Shown: one piece after another, positions 22,711 to 27,509 of the stretch | How the letters are laid out: each line of letters begins with the position of its first letter | Position numbering within the stretch: the first letter of the stretch is position 1 | Source: Acidobacteriota bacterium | GTDB lineage: Bacteria; Acidobacteriota; Vicinamibacteria; Vicinamibacterales; 2-12-FULL-66-21 | Assembly (NCBI GenBank): GCA_039930925.1 | Contig: JBDTSX010000001.1 | Span: forward strand, 1-27,509 | Direction of reading: 5' to 3' | Length of the DNA stretch: 27,509 nt | Position numbers and translations under genes: made by a program | Notes under the pieces: generated by a model | What the model was told of the DNA's origin: nothing | Seen by the model: only the letters and a program-made list of their open reading frames with translations | Databases searched by the model: none

Positions 22711-24270
22711 ATGTCCATGGTGACGCGGCGGGCCGCCGTATCCGGCATCGCGGCGCTCTGTGCGGTGACCGCGATCACCGCCGTGGTCCACACCTCTCAG
22801 CCACCGACGCCCCAGTCTTCGTCCGCCGCACCGGCTGGCGAGCTGCAGGCCCGCGCCACCTGTGGCGGCTGCCACTCGTATCCGCCGCCCGACATTCTTC
22901 CGCGGAGCGCCTGGCGCGACGAGTTCGTCCGGATGATGTTCTTCCGCGACAACCGGATCCCGCCGAGCGGGCCCGCGATCAGGTTCAACCGCACCCTGCA
23001 GCTGCCCGCCGACATGGAGCAGGCGCTGACCTTTTACACGAGCGGCGCGCCCGAGCATCTCCCCGCGCCGGAACCCTGGCCCGACGCCGCCGAGTCGCCG
23101 GTGCAGTTCGTGCGCAGTGGACTGTCGATGCCGGACATGCCCGGCACCCCTGCCGTCGCAAACGTGCAGCTCGTCGATCTCGACGGCGACAACAGGCTCG
23201 ACATTCTCGGCACCGACATGCGTCAGGGTCTGGTCTTCAGCGGGCATCCCGCGAACGCGCCGGACGGACTGTCGATCATCGCGAGCATCCCGCATCCGTC
23301 TCATGTCGCGCTGACTGATGTGGACGGCGACGGTGTCAAGGATCTGCTCGTCGCCGACCTGGGAGAGTTCTTTCCGGCGGATCACGACAAGGGGGCGGTG
23401 ATCTGGCTGCGCGGGCTTGGCCAGAGGAAGTTCAGCGCATTCTGGCTCGATGGCTGGCCGCGGGTCGCCGACGTCGAGAGCGCCGATTTCAACGGCGACG
23501 GCAGGAACGATCTCGCGGTCGCGGCGTTCGGCTGGCGCAAGACCGGCAGCGTCACGATCGTCGAGAACAAGACCACGAACGCCGCCCAGCCGGCCTTCGC
23601 CAACCACGTTATCGACCCGCGGCCCGGGGCAATTCACATCATCCCGGTCGATCTCAACCACGACGGCAAAATGGACTTCGTCACGCTCCTGGCGCAGGAG
23701 CACGAGACGGTCCTCGCCTATCTCAACCAGGGCACCGGGGATTTCACGTTCGAACAGAAGGTGATTTACAAGGCGCCGCACCCCAATTGGGGATCGTCCG
23801 GCATCCAGCTCGTCGATCTCGACCGGGACGGCGATCTCGATATCCTCCTCACCCACGGCGATACGTTCGACGACGGAATCGTGAAGCCCTATCACGGGAT
23901 CCAGTGGCTCGAGAACACCGGCGGCTACCCGTTCGTCGAGCACACACTCGCGCAGCTGCCCGGCGTGCATCGGGCCGAGGCCGCCGATCTCGACGGCGAC
24001 GGCGATCTCGACATCGTCGCCTGCGCGCTGCTCGCCGGCGGCTCCGACGTGAACGAGAAGACGCTGCCGGCGCTGGTGTGGCTCGAACAGACGAAGCCCG
24101 GCACCTTCGTCAGACATACGATCGAGATCGGCATGCCGCGCCACGCCACCCTGGATGTCGGCGACATCGACGGCGACGGCGATATCGATATCGTCACCGG
24201 CAATTTCTCGATCGACACGCCCGCGACGTCCTGGGTGGACGTCTGGACGAATCAGGGGAAAAAGCCCTGA
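22711..24270 (+). CDS. FG-GAP/VCBS repeat beta-propeller with N-terminal c-type heme motif (519 aa)
   Basis: N-terminal signal or anchor; CGGCH at 22861-22875; repeated DxDGDGxxD loops (DLDGDNRLD, DVDGDGVKD, DFNGDGRND, DLNHDGKMD, DLDRDGDLD, DLDGDGDLD, DIDGDGDID). Confidence 0.88.
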   Translation: MSMVTRRAAVSGIAALCAVTAITAVVHTSQPPTPQSSSAAPAGELQARATCGGCHSYPPPDILPRSAWRDEFVRMMFFRDNRIPPSGPAIRFNRTLQLPADMEQALTFYTSGAPEHLPAPEPWPDAAESPVQFVRSGLSMPDMPGTPAVANVQLVDLDGDNRLDILGTDMRQGLVFSGHPANAPDGLSIIASIPHPSHVALTDVDGDGVKDLLVADLGEFFPADHDKGAVIWLRGLGQRKFSAFWLDGWPRVADVESADFNGDGRNDLAVAAFGWRKTGSVTIVENKTTNAAQPAFANHVIDPRPGAIHIIPVDLNHDGKMDFVTLLAQEHETVLAYLNQGTGDFTFEQKVIYKAPHPNWGSSGIQLVDLDRDGDLDILLTHGDTFDDGIVKPYHGIQWLENTGGYPFVEHTLAQLPGVHRAEAADLDGDGDLDIVACALLAGGSDVNEKTLPALVWLEQTKPGTFVRHTIEIGMPRHATLDVGDIDGDGDIDIVTGNFSIDTPATSWVDVWTNQGKKP

Positions 24271-24312
24271 CGGGACCCGGGATCCGGGGCTCGGGGCTAG
24301 TGATTGGTGACT
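24271..24312. repeat. Degenerate heptamer tract at a convergent gene junction
   Basis: cgggacc|cgggatc|cggggct|cggggct|agtgatt|ggtgact; the last units run into the VWA gene 3' end. Confidence 0.45.
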
Positions 24313-26510
24313 GAAAGAGTAAAGAACGCGCTCCGCGACAGTTCGCGCCCACTCCCATCGGTCACGCGAATGCGCAGTTCGTAGGTGCCTGCGGGCAGCG
24401 CGCCAATCGGCAGCCGGCCGACGTGCTGCACGCGCGGCCCGGTTGACGGCGACAGCGCCACCGGCGCTTCAGCGATCGGGCGGCCATTGCTGAGCAGCTG
24501 CGCGGACGCCTTCGCGTCCGTGACGTCGCCGTACAGGGTGAAGTAGAACGGCAGTTCGCTCGCGGCGGACGTCAGGATCGCCTCGCCGAGATTTGGATAG
24601 AGCAGCTGTTTCCCGACGTAGAGCGGCGCGATCACTTTCGAATTCGCTGCCGGCGCGTCGCTGACCTCCTCGACCTTGCTGACGAGGATCAGGCTGCTCA
24701 TCTCGAACCCCGCCCGCTCCGCTGCCGGCACCGTCAGCGTGGCGACGCGCGCACTGCCCTGCGCTCCGGTCGCATCGAACACGATCGACTCCATCGTGTA
24801 GACGCCCGGCGGCAGCTCGGCCTCGCGGTAGAACAGGATCTCTCCGTTCTTTGCCGCTTCCAGATCCTTCGCGTCACCGGCCAGCGTGTATTGCTGACTG
24901 AGCTTCTGCACGTCGCGGCCGCGGCCATCCCGGACGCGAACGACGATGGCGACCTGGCTCGAGTAGGTGGCACGCGCGCGATCGATGCTGAACCGCAGTG
25001 CATCGGTCCTGAGGCGAACGAGCACCGGCGTCAGGCCGGGGCGCGCCGGATCCGGAAAGCTGAAGCCGGCGGCGTGGACCGGAAAAGCGTTCGGCAGCGG
25101 CGAGCGATCCAGCAGCGCCAACGCCGGGATCTCGTAGCTGCCCGAGTCCGCCGCGCGCGCCGTGTGGATCGCGCGATAGCCTTTCCGCGCAAAGACCTCG
25201 GCGCCTGAGCGCCGGACCTTGACGTGAATGGTCCGAAACTTGCCGTCGAAGGCCAGGTTTTTTGGTGAATACGTGAGCAGGTAATGGAACTGGTTGTCCT
25301 CGTCGATGCGGCGAAACGCGGAGGAGAGATCGTTCGTCTGATCGACCAGGAACCCGCCGGTGTCCTCCGCCAGCCGCGCCAGGCCGCTCCTCGAGTCGAG
25401 CTTGAGCGTATCCTCCACCCGCTCGAACGCCATGGTCAGCGGCTGATCGGTGCGATCGCTGCCGACCGTGACCTGGTTTAGACGCTCCTCGGCGAAGGCG
25501 TCGATCTCTTTGCGAGCGTTCCCGATCATGCTCTTCGAGCGCAGCCCCCTGGCGTCAACCGCGTAGGCGGTCACGTTGGCGCGATTGGCGACGTCGATGA
25601 CGTAGTCGAGCCTGGCTGAGAGCGCGGGTGAGACCGGCAGGCCTTCCGAGAAGAACACGATGGTCTTGCGGCCCGGGAGGTAGGACAGGGAGTGCACCAC
25701 CGCGAGCAGCGCCGCCGCGGTATCGTAGCCCTTGTGAGCGCGATCGAGGTTGTCGAATGACCGCAGCATGTTCAGCTCGGTCTGAAGGAGGTGCAGCTCG
25801 GTCTCGCGCTCGCCGATGTCCGCCGCCGTGCGGGCCAGCGCGACCCCGCCCGCCGAGACGCCGCTGGCGGCTGCCGCCTGGGCCTGTCCCACCAGATCGC
25901 GCCGCCGTGTCATCAGCTCGTCGGAGCGGTCCGCCTGCTGCTCCTCCACCGTGGTGCCGGACGGCATCACGCGCGCGACCGCCTGCCGCACCAGCGCACG
26001 GTCGCTGGTGAAGCTCTGGACGATGTGGATGCTGGGGTCGGTGGCGAAGACGCCAACCCGCACTCCGGATTCGCCCGTGGTCGGCACGTAAGTGAGCGTG
26101 GCCCGCTGCGCCAGCCTGAGCGCCTCGGACGAGAGATGATCGAACACCAGCGCGGTCGCCGCATCGTCCGAACTGTCGATGTGAGGCGCAGCGAGATCGG
26201 CGGCGGAAGGGACGGTAATCGTCTTGCCGGCTGATTTCCAGGCGACGCCGAGCCCGATGCCGTTGCCGTGCGAGACGCGGGTAAAGCTGTCCACCTTCTG
26301 CGCGATGCCGTCTTCGGTCACCTCGAAGTCGGCGGCAGATAGATTGGTGAGGGGATGCCCCTTGCCGTCACGGACGACCACGTCGACCAGGATCGCGGTG
26401 GTGGTGGACGTGTAGGACTGCCGATCGCGCGCGGTGGCGCCGTCCTGTGCGTTCGGCTGCACGCCGCCGAGGCCCGCGAGCACGATCGCCGTCAGGATCA
26501 GGCGGCGCAT
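24297..26510 (-). CDS. VWA-domain protein, acidobacterial type (737 aa)
   Basis: Signal peptide; TTAILVDVVVRDGKGHPLTNLSAADFEVTEDG; GRKTIVFFSEG; ANVTAYAVDARGL; LARLAEDTGG; YLLTYSP..DGKFRTIHVKV; beta-sandwich C-terminal domains. Confidence 0.9.
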   Translation of the reverse strand: MRRLILTAIVLAGLGGVQPNAQDGATARDRQSYTSTTTAILVDVVVRDGKGHPLTNLSAADFEVTEDGIAQKVDSFTRVSHGNGIGLGVAWKSAGKTITVPSAADLAAPHIDSSDDAATALVFDHLSSEALRLAQRATLTYVPTTGESGVRVGVFATDPSIHIVQSFTSDRALVRQAVARVMPSGTTVEEQQADRSDELMTRRRDLVGQAQAAAASGVSAGGVALARTAADIGERETELHLLQTELNMLRSFDNLDRAHKGYDTAAALLAVVHSLSYLPGRKTIVFFSEGLPVSPALSARLDYVIDVANRANVTAYAVDARGLRSKSMIGNARKEIDAFAEERLNQVTVGSDRTDQPLTMAFERVEDTLKLDSRSGLARLAEDTGGFLVDQTNDLSSAFRRIDEDNQFHYLLTYSPKNLAFDGKFRTIHVKVRRSGAEVFARKGYRAIHTARAADSGSYEIPALALLDRSPLPNAFPVHAAGFSFPDPARPGLTPVLVRLRTDALRFSIDRARATYSSQVAIVVRVRDGRGRDVQKLSQQYTLAGDAKDLEAAKNGEILFYREAELPPGVYTMESIVFDATGAQGSARVATLTVPAAERAGFEMSSLILVSKVEEVSDAPAANSKVIAPLYVGKQLLYPNLGEAILTSAASELPFYFTLYGDVTDAKASAQLLSNGRPIAEAPVALSPSTGPRVQHVGRLPIGALPAGTYELRIRVTDGSGRELSRSAFFTLSVTNH

Positions 26511-26511
26511 G

Positions 26512-27509
26512 TCAATCCACGACCCGCAGGATCGTGAAACTGGATACCTGCTGGGTGCCTTGCTTCACGACCGCCCGCAACTCGTAGGTGCCGGGGACCA
26601 GCGGATCGAGCGGCAGTCGCCCGACCTGCTTGATGCGCCCGGCGGAGTCGGCGGGGGCAAGAGGGATCGGGATCCGCACCACCAGCTTGCCGTCCTGCAG
26701 CAGCTCGATGGTGGCTTCTGCGGGCGGTCCGCCTTTCACCGGATAAGCCGCGAAATAAATGCCTGCTTCCTTGCTGGCCCTACTCACCGGCTCGCCAAGG
26801 TTCGGATACAGAAGAAGATCGTTGACGAGCAGCGGATTGTCCGCGCGGCGTTCCTTCTCCAACACTTTTTCGCCGCGCTTGACGAGCACGAGACTGCTCA
26901 TGCGCAGCGTCGCGGGGTCCTCCTTGGGCACTTCGACGGTGGAGATCCGCACGCTCGATTTCCCCGAAGGGATGTCGTGAACCACGGTCTCCATGGTGTA
27001 GACGCCCGCGGGCAGCTCGGGCTCGCGATAGAAGATCACTTCCCCCTGTGTCGCGCGATCGAGCCCGTTGAGCGGGCCGTTGATTTCGTAGTGCTGGCTG
27101 ACTTTCCGCGCCACCTGGTTCTGCTGGTCGAGAAAGCGCACGATCACCGCGAAGTCTGAGGTGTAGGTCTTGCCGTCGGCGGCCGGTTGGAATGTGAGCG
27201 GAGCGGTTTTGAGATCCACGATCACCGGCACGAGGCCGAGACGGTCGCGCTCGGGGAACAGCAGCGCGCCGGCACGGACCGGGAACGCATTTGGAACCGG
27301 CTTGCGCTCGAGCGCACCCAGTGCGGGGGCCTCCCACGGATTGATCCCGAGCCCGCCCGTGTCACGGACCGCGAAGTACCCCTTCCGGGCCGCCACGGTC
27401 ACGCCCGGCCGCTTCACTTTCACCTCGATGTTGCGGAACCGGCCGTCGTAGGTCTCGTTGGTTGGCGTGTATCCCACGAGGTAGTAATTGTGCAGATCGC
27501 TCTCGACGC
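26512..27509 (-). CDS. VWA-domain protein, acidobacterial type, paralog (5' part outside the window)
   Basis: The frame stays open to the window edge (VESDLHNYYLVGYTPTNETYDGRFRNIEVKV), so the track start at 27477 is an artefact. It shares PNAFPV, GEVIFYRE.ELP.GVYTME and LLYPNLGE with the downstream gene. Confidence 0.88.
   Translation of the reverse strand, partial: VESDLHNYYLVGYTPTNETYDGRFRNIEVKVKRPGVTVAARKGYFAVRDTGGLGINPWEAPALGALERKPVPNAFPVRAGALLFPERDRLGLVPVIVDLKTAPLTFQPAADGKTYTSDFAVIVRFLDQQNQVARKVSQHYEINGPLNGLDRATQGEVIFYREPELPAGVYTMETVVHDIPSGKSSVRISTVEVPKEDPATLRMSSLVLVKRGEKVLEKERRADNPLLVNDLLLYPNLGEPVSRASKEAGIYFAAYPVKGGPPAEATIELLQDGKLVVRIPIPLAPADSAGRIKQVGRLPLDPLVPGTYELRAVVKQGTQQVSSFTILRVVD

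Noticed and set aside
22645-24144. 499-aa minus-strand ORF
   Set aside because: Shadow of the FG-GAP/heme gene.

Overview
A GC-rich, densely coding 27.5 kb bacterial chromosome segment. Tandem acidobacterial-type VWA proteins, FG-GAP/ASPIC-UnbV proteins and the REP type suggest Acidobacteriota, class Vicinamibacteria (inference). I see no rRNA, tRNA, CRISPR array, integrase or transposase. Gene content in order: partial Zn-dependent alcohol dehydrogenase, outer-membrane barrel, a 65-aa protein coupled to an amidase, an alpha/beta hydrolase, a REP/BIME-like repeat, an M16 peptidase pair, mrp/apbC, two membrane proteins, a minimal DnaJ-like protein, four tiny proteins, an operon (exported protein - addB - addA - DUF488), a small protein, two divergent FG-GAP propeller proteins (one with a CxxCH heme site) and two VWA proteins. 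The best leads lie outside the ORF track. (1) Four DnaA-box-like 9-mers at exactly 11-bp period sit upstream of the addAB operon. (2) Three short ORFs are missing from the track: a 47-aa Zn ribbon, a 58-aa HicB-like protein and a 52-aa Pro-rich peptide behind a sigma54-type promoter. (3) Two HicB-fold-like mini-proteins have no HicA partner. (4) A palindromic element is read in frame in the addA N-terminus. (5) A leaderless promoter layout recurs. All calls come from reading motifs by eye; no database search was run.
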